49,847 nt of DNA from Escherichia phage vB_EcoS_W011D. How positions within the stretch are numbered: position 1 is the stretch's first letter; every line of letters begins with the position of its first letter. Below, piece after piece: positions 9,384 to 17,029 of the stretch. Made by a program: the position numbers and the translations under genes. The notes under the pieces are model-generated. The model ran no database searches and had not been told where the DNA came from. It saw only the letters and a list, made by a program, of their open reading frames with translations. The stretch is from sequence record NC_054893.1. One strand, given 5' to 3'.

Positions 9384-9572
9384 TTTAAAGCCCTCTTGAG
9401 ATCCAAAGCTGATACATTTCAAAGTAGTGCAATGCTGTGTCTGTGTCGCCGCGCTCTAGCGCTTCCTCTTGCTTCTGTGCGCACCACTGCGACGGTTTTA
9501 TGTAGTTAGGCATACAATCACCTTTCCAAAATTAGCGCCTCTTAGAATGCGATTTAGGCGATTTTAGGGCTA

Positions 9573-9887
9573 TCAAATTTCGTTTAAATATTCGCGGAAT
9601 TTATTCAACGTCGCAACCTTTGCGCAATCCCATTCTGTGGAACCTGGTTCCTCCCACGGCGAACCAGGGCCGTGATTTGTCATGTCGTCAATCAAGCATG
9701 AAATTTCATCAACAATCAGATCTTTCGTGTGCTCATTAACTGCAATGTTTTCTACTGATTCAAACGCCTGAATCACTCCACCCAAAACGCGCTGCTGCGC
9801 TAATGCTTCATCTAACGTGTCGCAAATTGCTCTGCGCTCAATCTTGTTGTCGTTGGTTCCGATCTTGTATGTGTGAACGTAAATCAT
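9573..9887 (-). CDS. Hypothetical acidic protein
   Basis: 104-aa track ORF with GAGGAGG RBS; 4-nt overlap with the upstream gene. Confidence 0.45.
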   Translation of the reverse strand: MIYVHTYKIGTNDNKIERRAICDTLDEALAQQRVLGGVIQAFESVENIAVNEHTKDLIVDEISCLIDDMTNHGPGSPWEEPGSTEWDCAKVATLNKFREYLNEI

Positions 9888-10120
9888 AAACCCGCCTCCT
9901 CTGCTGTTTCGTTTTTACGCTTCCACTCCTCAATGGCTCTTTCATTCAATCCGCTTTCGTGCATCCATACTGCCAACCCTGCCGCATCAGTGCTGCGCGG
10001 GTAAATCTGATTTTCAATCTGATTTGAGATTTCTGCGATAACCCCGTTTATTGGGGTAAAGTCTCCAACTGTATTCATGAAAACTTTCGCTTGCTCAACT
10101 GAAAGGTTAATCGTGATCAT
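9884..10120 (-). CDS. Hypothetical protein
   Basis: 78-aa track ORF with GGAGAA RBS; ATGA overlap with the neighbouring gene. Confidence 0.45.
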   Translation of the reverse strand: MITINLSVEQAKVFMNTVGDFTPINGVIAEISNQIENQIYPRSTDAAGLAVWMHESGLNERAIEEWKRKNETAEEAGL

Positions 10121-10338
10121 TCTTCGTTCTCCACTTTATCAAATTTCACTTTCGGATTGTCACGCAGAAAAACAACGTCGTTATCGTATGCGTCAACTCG
10201 AATTTCGAAAACATCACCAGTTTCGCTATCAATCAGATAATCAGAATCCTCGGCAAGTATTAGCTCGTAGTGATTACCCTCAACAACAGCGCCGTAATCC
10301 TTGCGAGCCTCAAACATAGTTCCGGTATAAACTGCCAT
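10117..10338 (-). CDS. Small strongly acidic protein (DNA-mimic / anti-restriction candidate)
   Basis: Track ORF trimmed to ATG with GAGGAGA RBS; about a quarter of residues are Asp/Glu with a C-terminal ENEE tail. Confidence 0.4.
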   Translation of the reverse strand: MAVYTGTMFEARKDYGAVVEGNHYELILAEDSDYLIDSETGDVFEIRVDAYDNDVVFLRDNPKVKFDKVENEE

Positions 10339-10395
10339 TTTCAAATCTCCTCGTTTCGCTTCAATGAGGACACTTTAACAAATGTCCTCGCGGAA

Positions 10396-10415
10396 GTTTT
10401 AGCAATTCGTGCTAT
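10396..10415 (-). promoter_or_regulatory. Conserved 20-bp box copy (ATAGCACGAATTGCTAAAAC)
   Basis: Overlaps the TAG stop of the upstream gene; followed by hairpin GAGGACA/TGTCCTC with TAAAGT in the loop region and the conserved leader GCGAAACGAGGAG. Confidence 0.6.
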
Positions 10416-11149
10416 TTGACTTTTTGCAGTTCAAGAAACGCATCAGAGAAGATTTTCGCACTCTTGACGGCTGCAATTAGTTGCTCTGCATTTCGCACCT
10501 GCGGGAACATGTCATAAAGCTGATCAATTACTGCCTCCGCCTTGATGCAATCAGCCTTGTGTTGTTCCGCTTCCTTTTCCAGTTTTGCGATCTGGCTTTC
10601 GGTGTACTGCTTACCATTCAGCGCAACGGTTAGCTCACTCGGTTTAAAGTTGCCGCTGGTGATTTGCATACCTGCATTGTGAACTCGCCAACCCTCACCT
10701 TTTACCGCCGTAGCATCAACGTTGCCGATTGTTACAACAAGCTCGCCATCTTTCCACTGCTCCAACTGGCCTTTGCTGTTGAGGAAATAACCGTTTTTCG
10801 GGTATGCAAATTGAGCCACCAGCTTTGCCGCGTTATCAGCGATTTGGCGAGCCGCCTTTAAGTGATCGCTTTCCCTTGCCGCGTTATAGATGGTTCCGCC
10901 AGGCTTGCACTCAGTTCTCAACACTGACGCCGTTACGTGCTTAACTGCTTCCTCAATGGTCGGGAATTCAACCAGGTTGAACTTTCCGCCGCGCAACCGC
11001 AACGAGCCTTTATCACCGATGTTAACGATCTGCTTTTTGCCTTTGTCGTTGCGCACTTCAACTTGATTTTCACCATAAGAGAAAAGCACTTCGTAAAGTT
11101 TGCCAGCCGTGAAGTTTTCGCCGTTAGTGGTAGGTTTTACATATTTCAT
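10412..11149 (-). CDS. Hypothetical protein (245 aa)
   Basis: Track ORF trimmed to MKYVKP start with GGGAGA RBS. Confidence 0.45.
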   Translation of the reverse strand: MKYVKPTTNGENFTAGKLYEVLFSYGENQVEVRNDKGKKQIVNIGDKGSLRLRGGKFNLVEFPTIEEAVKHVTASVLRTECKPGGTIYNAARESDHLKAARQIADNAAKLVAQFAYPKNGYFLNSKGQLEQWKDGELVVTIGNVDATAVKGEGWRVHNAGMQITSGNFKPSELTVALNGKQYTESQIAKLEKEAEQHKADCIKAEAVIDQLYDMFPQVRNAEQLIAAVKSAKIFSDAFLELQKVK

Positions 11150-11358
11150 TCTACAATCTCCCAATCTTTACCAATTAAGTGAACTGAACTTTTCAGTCTT
11201 GTGTAAAATGGGGAACCCAATTCCCCATCAGCTTTGTAACACCCTGCAAACTTGCCTGATTTCTCAAGCGTTGCGTCGTAAACCTTTCCGGCCTGAATCC
11301 ACGGCGAGCCGTCATAATCAGTGCGGATTTTAACCGCTTCCGGCTTGTCGCTTACCAT
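11146..11358 (-). CDS. Hypothetical protein
   Basis: 70-aa track ORF with GAGGAGGAAG RBS. Confidence 0.45.
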   Translation of the reverse strand: MVSDKPEAVKIRTDYDGSPWIQAGKVYDATLEKSGKFAGCYKADGELGSPFYTRLKSSVHLIGKDWEIVE

Positions 11359-11630
11359 GCGTTTACTTCCTCCTCTGCGTATGCGTCGAAATCGTGTTGT
11401 GTCAGCGGGATACCTGCGCGCTGTGCATCTTCGATCATTTCTAGCAGTGAATCCGGCATAAGAATATGATTTTCAGGCATATAGTTTGCAGCCATGCAAC
11501 GCGCCCATTCTCTCAAAGAGTTGAACCCCTGGCGGCGTGCCGTGTATGGCGTTTTCAATCCATCATCCCAGCCATACGCTTTGCCTACGTTTTCGAATGC
11601 GTTTACCAGGTGCTTGCGAATGGTTGCCAT
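11352..11630 (-). CDS. Hypothetical protein
   Basis: 92-aa track ORF with AGAGGAG RBS; first gene after a box copy. Confidence 0.45.
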   Translation of the reverse strand: MATIRKHLVNAFENVGKAYGWDDGLKTPYTARRQGFNSLREWARCMAANYMPENHILMPDSLLEMIEDAQRAGIPLTQHDFDAYAEEEVNAW

Positions 11631-11696
11631 CTTGTTTTCTCCTCTGATTGGTTGCTTAACTCAACGAGGAGCACTATAACAAATGCTCCTGATTTA

Positions 11697-11716
11697 GTTT
11701 TAGCAATTCGTGCTAT
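11697..11716 (-). promoter_or_regulatory. Conserved 20-bp box copy (ATAGCACGAATTGCTAAAAC)
   Basis: Followed by hairpin AGGAGCA/TGCTCCT with TATAGT 18 nt after the box. Confidence 0.6.
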
Positions 11717-11901
11717 TTTCGGCGCTTCATCAATTCGAACACTTCACGCCCTCCGGCCTTTTTGCCATCATAGTAAGCGGGTATTGAGTAGGCCAGGGCA
11801 AGCACCGCCGCGCCTAAGTGGTTTGTAAAACCTGGCTCCATGATCACGATACCAATCACCGCGATAGCCAACGTTAACAACAGCTTTTTCCAATTCCACA
11901 T
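11713..11901 (-). CDS. Small membrane protein (62 aa, two hydrophobic segments)
   Basis: Track ORF with GAGGAA RBS. Confidence 0.45.
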   Translation of the reverse strand: MWNWKKLLLTLAIAVIGIVIMEPGFTNHLGAAVLALAYSIPAYYDGKKAGGREVFELMKRRK

Positions 11902-12152
11902 TATTCGAATTCCTCGCCATCAAAACGAATCAACATGCTTACTTCATACTCGCGGTATTCGTGCATAACATCAATGAACATAAACGCGCTCATTACCGAT
12001 TCAAACTCAATAGCGCCTAATACGTCGCTAACATAGTGCCACTTGCGCCCAAAAATGTTTTTGCGTTGGATGTACACCGCGCCGTTTTCGCTCATTTCGA
12101 TGATTACGCGGTACTCCGGTTTAAACAGTCGTTTTAGTGCATTGCGAACCAT
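11901..12152 (-). CDS. Hypothetical protein
   Basis: 83-aa track ORF with AAGAGGTG RBS. Confidence 0.45.
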   Translation of the reverse strand: MVRNALKRLFKPEYRVIIEMSENGAVYIQRKNIFGRKWHYVSDVLGAIEFESVMSAFMFIDVMHEYREYEVSMLIRFDGEEFE

Positions 12153-12241
12153 AAAACACCTCTTATGCCATACATTACAGTTAGGATAGCAAGGCCAATA
12201 ATCATGGCCTTGTGAAAGTCAAATGGTGGTTGTGCGTGCAT
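12134..12241 (-). CDS. Candidate micro-ORF (about 35 aa, hydrophobic core)
   Basis: ATG one nt after the stop of gene 12243-12641; weak GGGAAA RBS; overlaps the next gene start; found by manual translation. Confidence 0.25.
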   Translation of the reverse strand: MHAQPPFDFHKAMIIGLAILTVMYGIRGVLWFAMH

Positions 12242-12242
12242 G

Positions 12243-12641
12243 TTATTTCCCTAAGCGGCGAGCCAGGCTATTCAGGATCTTAAACTCATAGCTCCCGCGC
12301 TCGCTTGTTTTTAACATCTGGCGGATATATCGACGCATACGGCGGAAATCCTGCTTTTCTTTCAGCTTGCGGCATGTGTCGCGCTTAGTGTAACGGCCTT
12401 TGTTGTCTTTTACCATAATGAATCTTGCGATCATGGTTGCACCCTCTACGCCGTAATACTTGCCTCGCTGGTAGTTGAGCGCAAAGCCTCCGTTAATATC
12501 GGGGCATCCCTGGTTATAATCGGTGATTGTGCAACGCTCAGTATGGTAATGCTTTCCGACAATGAAGTTGTTAGAGTTGGAAGAAATGCACTTCATCACA
12601 TAACCAGCGTCGTGAGTGTCGAGGCGTTTTGAGCTATTCAT
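12243..12641 (-). CDS. Hypothetical protein with Cys/His cluster and basic C-terminus
   Basis: 132-aa track ORF with AAGGAAACGAAACA leader. Confidence 0.45.
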   Translation of the reverse strand: MNSSKRLDTHDAGYVMKCISSNSNNFIVGKHYHTERCTITDYNQGCPDINGGFALNYQRGKYYGVEGATMIARFIMVKDNKGRYTKRDTCRKLKEKQDFRRMRRYIRQMLKTSERGSYEFKILNSLARRLGK

Positions 12642-12698
12642 TGTTTCGTTTCCTTGTTTGGTTGGTATGGGTGCATTATAGCGGGACTGATTGCCCCG

Positions 12699-12718
12699 CT
12701 TTTAACATTTCGTGCTAT
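12699..12718 (-). promoter_or_regulatory. Conserved 20-bp box copy (ATAGCACGAAATGTTAAAAG)
   Basis: Overlaps the TAG stop of the kinase gene. Confidence 0.55.
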
Positions 12719-13293
12719 TTCGCCAGGTGATCGCGTATAATTTCCTCAACCGTTACCATTGGGTTTTTATCCATTAGGTAATAGTCATATTCGCAATATC
12801 CGCTTACGTTGTCGCGCGCGCTACTGATTCGGATGTAGTCGCGGCTATCGCCCTGGAAAGTGAACCCCTCGCGATGGAGGCGGCAAACTTTTACCTCGTG
12901 ACCTCCTCTGATTAGTTCGATCACTTCATCGGGAAAACCGCCATCAGTGCAAATAACCGGAATGTCGCTGCGCTCCGCTTCCTCTGCAAACCGCTTGCCG
13001 AAATACCCATTGCCGAAACGCGGCTTGATTACTTCCTCGCTAATCCAGATCATGAACTGGCGGCAACTCATACCATTCAGGAAGTCATGCGGCTTTTCTT
13101 TCTGTTCGCGGTCATTATACGCCGCCAAGAATTCGCGGTACTTACCAGGTCCAAGCATGGCAAGTGCGATCTCAAACATCGGTTGTTTGAAGCTCAACAG
13201 TCGCAACGGTACTGGTGATTCATCCTTAACCAGCGATCCGATTGTGTCTTTTCCAGCGCCTGGCGGTGCATTCAGAATGATGATTTTAGCCAT
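12715..13293 (-). CDS. P-loop kinase (polynucleotide 5'-kinase-like)
   Basis: N-terminal Walker A LNAPPGAGKDT right after the start, as in the kinase domain of T4 Pnk; GGGGAGAA RBS. Confidence 0.55.
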   Translation of the reverse strand: MAKIIILNAPPGAGKDTIGSLVKDESPVPLRLLSFKQPMFEIALAMLGPGKYREFLAAYNDREQKEKPHDFLNGMSCRQFMIWISEEVIKPRFGNGYFGKRFAEEAERSDIPVICTDGGFPDEVIELIRGGHEVKVCRLHREGFTFQGDSRDYIRISSARDNVSGYCEYDYYLMDKNPMVTVEEIIRDHLAK

Positions 13294-13820
13294 TAGTGTT
13301 TCTCCCCAACTTTGATTGTGCTGATCTGGTGTTCGTATTTTTCAATTTTATACGCCGTCGCATCATAAACGGTTTGCTTTGAAATCTGCAAATTGTCAAC
13401 GCAAACAACACCCTTCTCAATGTCATCAGCCAGATTGCGAAGTATTTCGGCGTACTTTGCGCGAACTTCATCAACACTGCTTGGTTCAATAAATCTCATC
13501 TCATTTCTCCTTTGTTGATTGCTTTCAATAAGGCCGCTCGCAAACGGCCTTGCGAAAAGTCTTATGGGCAACTGCCAAACACATTCTTTCCAGTTTTCTG
13601 GATCGTCAAGTTTGCCGCAATAAATCACTGCGCGATTTTCCTCACCATCGCCGGATTGCCATTCTGGAAAATGCGCCATGTGCTCAGGCTCGCCCTTGTA
13701 TCCGAACACGGAACCATCTTCATCTTGCGCAAGGTGCGTTGCGCCGCTAATAAGGATCTTGTTTTTGGTGGTCACGCCGTACTTTTCAATTTCGGTGAAA
13801 ATCTGCTCTAAAGTTTTCAT
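13293..13820 (-). CDS. Hypothetical protein (175 aa) between kinase and phosphatase
   Basis: Track ORF trimmed to MKTLEQIF start with CGAGGAA RBS. Confidence 0.4.
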   Translation of the reverse strand: MKTLEQIFTEIEKYGVTTKNKILISGATHLAQDEDGSVFGYKGEPEHMAHFPEWQSGDGEENRAVIYCGKLDDPENWKECVWQLPIRLFARPFASGLIESNQQRRNEMRFIEPSSVDEVRAKYAEILRNLADDIEKGVVCVDNLQISKQTVYDATAYKIEKYEHQISTIKVGEKH

Positions 13821-13874
13821 GCTTAGTTCCTCGTTGTTTGGTGTGGGGCTACTATACCGCAACCCCAATTTCGT

Positions 13875-13894
13875 GTTTTAGCAATTCGTGCTAT
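13875..13894 (-). promoter_or_regulatory. Conserved 20-bp box copy (ATAGCACGAATTGCTAAAAC)
   Basis: Box follows the TAA-TAG end of a 27-aa micro-ORF. Confidence 0.55.
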
Positions 13895-13977
13895 TACGCG
13901 CCGCTTACAATGATAGCAATGACAATGCTATTAATGATCATGATTGCGGCAAAAACCATCATTTGATATGTGTTCAT
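13894..13977 (-). CDS. Micro-ORF, 27-aa hydrophobic peptide (MNTYQMMVFAAIMIINSIVIAIIVSGA)
   Basis: ATG overlaps the phosphatase TAA stop (TAATG); AGGAG RBS inside the 3' end of the phosphatase gene; manual translation. Confidence 0.4.
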   Translation of the reverse strand: MNTYQMMVFAAIMIINSIVIAIIVSGA

Positions 13978-14513
13978 TATTTCAACTCCTCCACGCCGTG
14001 AGATTTCAGGTGATTGTGTATATTCTCGCCGTAGTCAGTGACCGCGTAAGTTGTGATCCCCAGGCTGCGCATATGCTTAATAACCGTTGGCGAATCGTCA
14101 AAGGCGCACACAATGTTATCCAGGCCGATAGCGCGCAAAACCTCCTCTTTGATGATCGTGTCTTTGCGGTTGTCAAAACTCCGGCGCATGATGATGTGAT
14201 CGTAATGCACGCCGTTATCAGTGAGCCAATCGACTGATTCTTTCATTACCTCGTCGCTGCGCCCTGTTAGGATGATAACCGCAAAGCCTGACACCCAAAG
14301 GCCGTTGATAATGGCGATTGTGCTTCTGATTGGTAAATCATTAACGGCTGCGCGGTTAAATTCGCTCCATGATTCAGTTAGGTGCAAATCCTTTGTCGGT
14401 AGCAGGTGCAAGCGGTGTTTCCCGTCGCTCAACGTGCCATCGTAATCAACAATCACGATCCCTTTGTGGCGTGATGGCATAATGTAGGTTTGATCCCAAA
14501 TCTCAAATTGCAT
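13977..14513 (-). CDS. HAD-family phosphatase (polynucleotide 3'-phosphatase-like)
   Basis: HAD motif I DYDGTL near the N-terminus (T4 Pnk phosphatase domain has DVDGTL); AGGAG RBS. Confidence 0.6.
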   Translation of the reverse strand: MQFEIWDQTYIMPSRHKGIVIVDYDGTLSDGKHRLHLLPTKDLHLTESWSEFNRAAVNDLPIRSTIAIINGLWVSGFAVIILTGRSDEVMKESVDWLTDNGVHYDHIIMRRSFDNRKDTIIKEEVLRAIGLDNIVCAFDDSPTVIKHMRSLGITTYAVTDYGENIHNHLKSHGVEELK

Positions 14514-14778
14514 TGTGCAAAGCTCCTGATTTTAGTTTATTCCAGAATGCGAACGGGTTTTCATTGATAACCTCGATTTCATCATAAGTAAAGAAAAGCG
14601 TTGGCTGCGACTCTATAGGCCATGCCGCCTCGTCACGGTATAATTTATCTGGATCGTATTTCACAGATTCGCCAACCGGAATCATCCAGCCGCTATAGCC
14701 TTTCTCAGCCATCACTATTTTACCAACGGCGTGATTGAATGAAGAATAATCCGAATGTAAGATCCTAACCTTTTGCAT
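14503..14778 (-). CDS. Hypothetical protein
   Basis: 91-aa track ORF with AGAGGAAAGG RBS. Confidence 0.45.
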   Translation of the reverse strand: MQKVRILHSDYSSFNHAVGKIVMAEKGYSGWMIPVGESVKYDPDKLYRDEAAWPIESQPTLFFTYDEIEVINENPFAFWNKLKSGALHNAI

Positions 14779-14833
14779 TGCCTTTCCTCTCGTTGGTTGA
14801 TGCGGTCATGATACCAATCAGCACACATGACCG

Positions 14834-14851
14834 CTTAACATTTCGTGCTAT
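14834..14851 (-). promoter_or_regulatory. Conserved box copy, slightly truncated (ATAGCACGAAATGTTAAG)
   Basis: Immediately downstream of the 55-aa membrane ORF stop. Confidence 0.45.
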
Positions 14852-15018
14852 TACATGAACCAGCCCATGATTGCGCCAGCAGGAGCGATAACAGCGCCAA
14901 CCGCGCGAATGATTAGTTCGTTAGTAGAAATCTCGCCAAACATTGCAACGATATTCATGATCCAGCCGATAACACCAGCAATCCAAAGAGCGATAAAGCC
15001 AAAGCCTAAAGTTTTCAT
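14851..15018 (-). CDS. Small membrane protein, about 55 aa, missed by the 60-aa track cut-off
   Basis: ATG with GAGGAAATAACT RBS; two hydrophobic segments; the plus-strand ORF 14855-15103 here is judged spurious. Confidence 0.45.
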   Translation of the reverse strand: MKTLGFGFIALWIAGVIGWIMNIVAMFGEISTNELIIRAVGAVIAPAGAIMGWFM

Positions 15019-15073
15019 AGTTATTTCCTCGTTTGTTGTCGATGGGTGTATTATGCCGGATTGCTCCGGCGAT

Positions 15074-15093
15074 GTTTTAACAAAAAGTGCTAT
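15074..15093 (-). promoter_or_regulatory. Conserved 20-bp box copy (ATAGCACTTTTTGTTAAAAC)
   Basis: Box contains the TAG stop of the 28-aa micro-ORF. Confidence 0.55.
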
Positions 15094-15176
15094 TTATTCA
15101 TAGCCCATATAAACCATGCTATATGCGCCACATACACAACGCCAATTGATATGGCAAACACTGCATCAATGTTCAT
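15090..15176 (-). CDS. Micro-ORF, 28-aa hydrophobic peptide (MNIDAVFAISIGVVYVAHIAWFIWAMNK)
   Basis: ATGA overlap with the upstream 49-aa ORF; stop is the TAG of the box; manual translation. Confidence 0.35.
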   Translation of the reverse strand: MNIDAVFAISIGVVYVAHIAWFIWAMNK

Positions 15177-15322
15177 TTTAGTAAGCAAAACGCCCTTGCA
15201 TTGTATGCGTGTTTCATTACCACCTCGCGAGCCTCCAGGCAACGCGCTTTGCTGTGGAATTCCTGCGTTGTAACCGCCTCGCCTTGCATGGTGGAAATAA
15301 CCAGGATTAGAACGTGAATCAT
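15173..15322 (-). CDS. Small ORF, about 49 aa
   Basis: ATGA overlap with the stop of gene 15319-15606; GGAGA RBS; manual translation. Confidence 0.35.
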   Translation of the reverse strand: MIHVLILVISTMQGEAVTTQEFHSKARCLEAREVVMKHAYNARAFCLLK

Positions 15323-15606
15323 CCGAAAGTCTCCATTATGCCAAAAAGTGAAATCAGCGATTTATTGCGCTTCCTGCGATATTTGCGCATAACCATGCTA
15401 ACATCGCCTATCTGATGGCCTAACGTAATCGGCATTTCCGATCCGTCGCCATAGTCGTTTTCGCCTTTCTTGGGCTTGTTCTGCCAGGCCTGGATAAATC
15501 CGAACTTGTCGCGTGTAACATAGCGGTATATGTTCGGGAGGTGAATCTTGATGCCCTCAAAATCAACCTCCGCGCTATAGCTCCTGAAATTAAGCGTGGA
15601 ATTCAT
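15319..15606 (-). CDS. Hypothetical protein (start uncertain: 15606 or 15627)
   Basis: Track ORF 15319-15630 whose listed first codon is not ATG; internal ATG starts are possible. Confidence 0.35.
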   Translation of the reverse strand: MNSTLNFRSYSAEVDFEGIKIHLPNIYRYVTRDKFGFIQAWQNKPKKGENDYGDGSEMPITLGHQIGDVSMVMRKYRRKRNKSLISLFGIMETFG

Positions 15607-15748
15607 AAACAACAACCCCCATTTCATCAATCACTTGCGCCTTGTAGTAACCGCCGTTTGCCGCCAGCAAATACGCCTGGCTCAGTGTTTCAAACTCGCG
15701 GGTTACTGGCTGGCTTTGCTCGTGTTCCCAAGTAATCAAAGTGGTCAT
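15590..15748 (-). CDS. Small hypothetical protein (52 aa)
   Basis: Track ORF 15590-16057 trimmed to internal Met (MTTLITWEHE) preceded by CGAGGATTTAGCA leader; the upstream part of the track ORF overlaps the lipoprotein gene. Confidence 0.45.
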   Translation of the reverse strand: MTTLITWEHEQSQPVTREFETLSQAYLLAANGGYYKAQVIDEMGVVVYEFHA

Positions 15749-15803
15749 TGCTAAATCCTCGTTTCGTTTCGATGGGGTTACTATATCGCAACCCCTGAAT
15801 CGA

Positions 15804-15823
15804 GTTTTAACAAAAAGTGCTAT
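15804..15823 (-). promoter_or_regulatory. Conserved 20-bp box copy (ATAGCACTTTTTGTTAAAAC)
   Basis: Followed by hairpin GGGGTT/AACCCC with TATAGT between the arms, then leader CATCGAAACGAAACGAGGA. Confidence 0.6.
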
Positions 15824-15903
15824 CTTGCGATAATCCACGCGATCCAGAATATGACCGTAAGCCAGATAAAAATTCCTATTGCAAATTGTCCAGGCTCTTT
15901 CAT
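15820..15903 (-). CDS. Micro-ORF, 27-aa hydrophobic peptide (MKEPGQFAIGIFIWLTVIFWIAWIIAR)
   Basis: ATG overlaps the lipoprotein TAA stop (TAATG); stop is the TAG inside the box; manual translation. Confidence 0.4.
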   Translation of the reverse strand: MKEPGQFAIGIFIWLTVIFWIAWIIAR

Positions 15904-16223
15904 TATCGCTCGTCCTGGCGAGTGCAACCCTTGCCGCAAGCGTGCGATCCTGTTTCGGTGATACCAACACCAGAAACGCCGATGTACTCTTTGCCAGTCT
16001 GCTTGTCGGTGATGATGTAAATCCCGCGCTTGTCGTTGTACGCCAGGCCATCAGCAAATTCAGTTAACTTGCGCACACTCACGCGGTCGTGATCTGCTCC
16101 TGTTTCAACCTGCATTCTAATGCGTGCATGTTCCGGCGTGCGGGTGTCGCTATCGCAACCAGTCAGCATCACCACGCCAGCAACAACCAGGATTGCGCCT
16201 AACGCTACTTTGAATTTGTTCAT
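15903..16223 (-). CDS. Lipoprotein (signal peptide with lipobox MLTGC)
   Basis: 106-aa ORF; N-terminal MNKFKVALGAILVVAGVVMLTGC fits a signal peptidase II substrate; GGAGGG RBS. Confidence 0.6.
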   Translation of the reverse strand: MNKFKVALGAILVVAGVVMLTGCDSDTRTPEHARIRMQVETGADHDRVSVRKLTEFADGLAYNDKRGIYIITDKQTGKEYIGVSGVGITETGSHACGKGCTRQDER

Positions 16224-16471
16224 TTCTTGCCCTCCACTGGTTCAACTGTGAATTTCTCACCCTCACGCATAAGCGCATTCATTGCCGTTTCAAGCGCTGG
16301 CGATCCGACAATATATTCAATATTCAAATCGCCGGACACCAGGCGAACGCGTGGCTGTTGCAGGTGATGAACATCTTTGATAATCAGATCCCAGCATTTA
16401 GAGTTAGGGCGGTGTTCGCCCAGGATTTCAACGATCTGCTCTGCTACTTTGCGAATGTCTGCGTGGTTCAT
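16220..16471 (-). CDS. Hypothetical protein
   Basis: 83-aa track ORF with AAAGGAGAA RBS. Confidence 0.45.
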   Translation of the reverse strand: MNHADIRKVAEQIVEILGEHRPNSKCWDLIIKDVHHLQQPRVRLVSGDLNIEYIVGSPALETAMNALMREGEKFTVEPVEGKK

Positions 16472-16474
16472 GGT

Positions 16475-16933
16475 TTATTCTCCTTTGATCATATTTTCAA
16501 TAATTGCCTGGTAACGCTGCGCCATAATAAGCGCGCCCTCTGCTTTCTCGCCGCTCAAATCTGCAATGTTCGGCATGGTATGCAGCAAACCGCGCATCGC
16601 TTTTGCCACTGCCTTTTGTTCGATTGCGCTCACATCTTCGCTGGTCAGCACCTTACGCTTTGCATCGCGATTCAGGCGGAACACGTAAAACCGCTCGTCG
16701 TCCGTTTCCTCAACCTTAATGCTGATTGTGCCAGCCGCTTTCACTTCCGGCACGCGGTTGATAATTGTCCTGGAATACGAAACGCTTTTCGTGATCTTGT
16801 AGTAATCATCGCCGTTGTGGTTGCTGGCGAGAATATCAAGCGATAGGCGATACTCCTCAACCTCACCGTCTGCCAGCCGCTTTCCCAGCGCTCGCAACCA
16901 ATTGCAATAATCTTTCGTGGTTTTTTCTTCCAT
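16475..16933 (-). CDS. Hypothetical protein, first gene of the leftward early operon
   Basis: Track ORF trimmed to MEEKTTKD start with GAGGAGGAA RBS, just downstream of a consensus promoter. Confidence 0.45.
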   Translation of the reverse strand: MEEKTTKDYCNWLRALGKRLADGEVEEYRLSLDILASNHNGDDYYKITKSVSYSRTIINRVPEVKAAGTISIKVEETDDERFYVFRLNRDAKRKVLTSEDVSAIEQKAVAKAMRGLLHTMPNIADLSGEKAEGALIMAQRYQAIIENMIKGE

Positions 16934-16964
16934 CGTGATTCCTCCTCTGATTGGTTCGGGAGCC

Positions 16965-16992
16965 ATTATAATCAGGCCGCGCGACGTGTCAA
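16965..16992 (-). promoter_or_regulatory. Consensus sigma70-type early leftward promoter (TTGACA - 16 nt - TATAAT)
   Basis: On the minus strand: TTGACA at about 16987-16992 and TATAAT at about 16965-16970 with a 16-nt spacer; A-rich upstream tract. Confidence 0.6.
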
Positions 16993-17029
16993 TGTTTATT
17001 TTGTTTAACAGACGACTACAACCGCACAA

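Noticed and set aside
14855-15103. Plus-strand 82-aa track ORF in the early region
   Set aside because: The opposite strand carries a better candidate (55-aa membrane protein with RBS and box-promoter context) and all neighbouring genes are leftward.
15046-15273. Plus-strand 75-aa track ORF
   Set aside because: Overlaps two coupled leftward micro-ORFs and a promoter box; no RBS on the plus strand.
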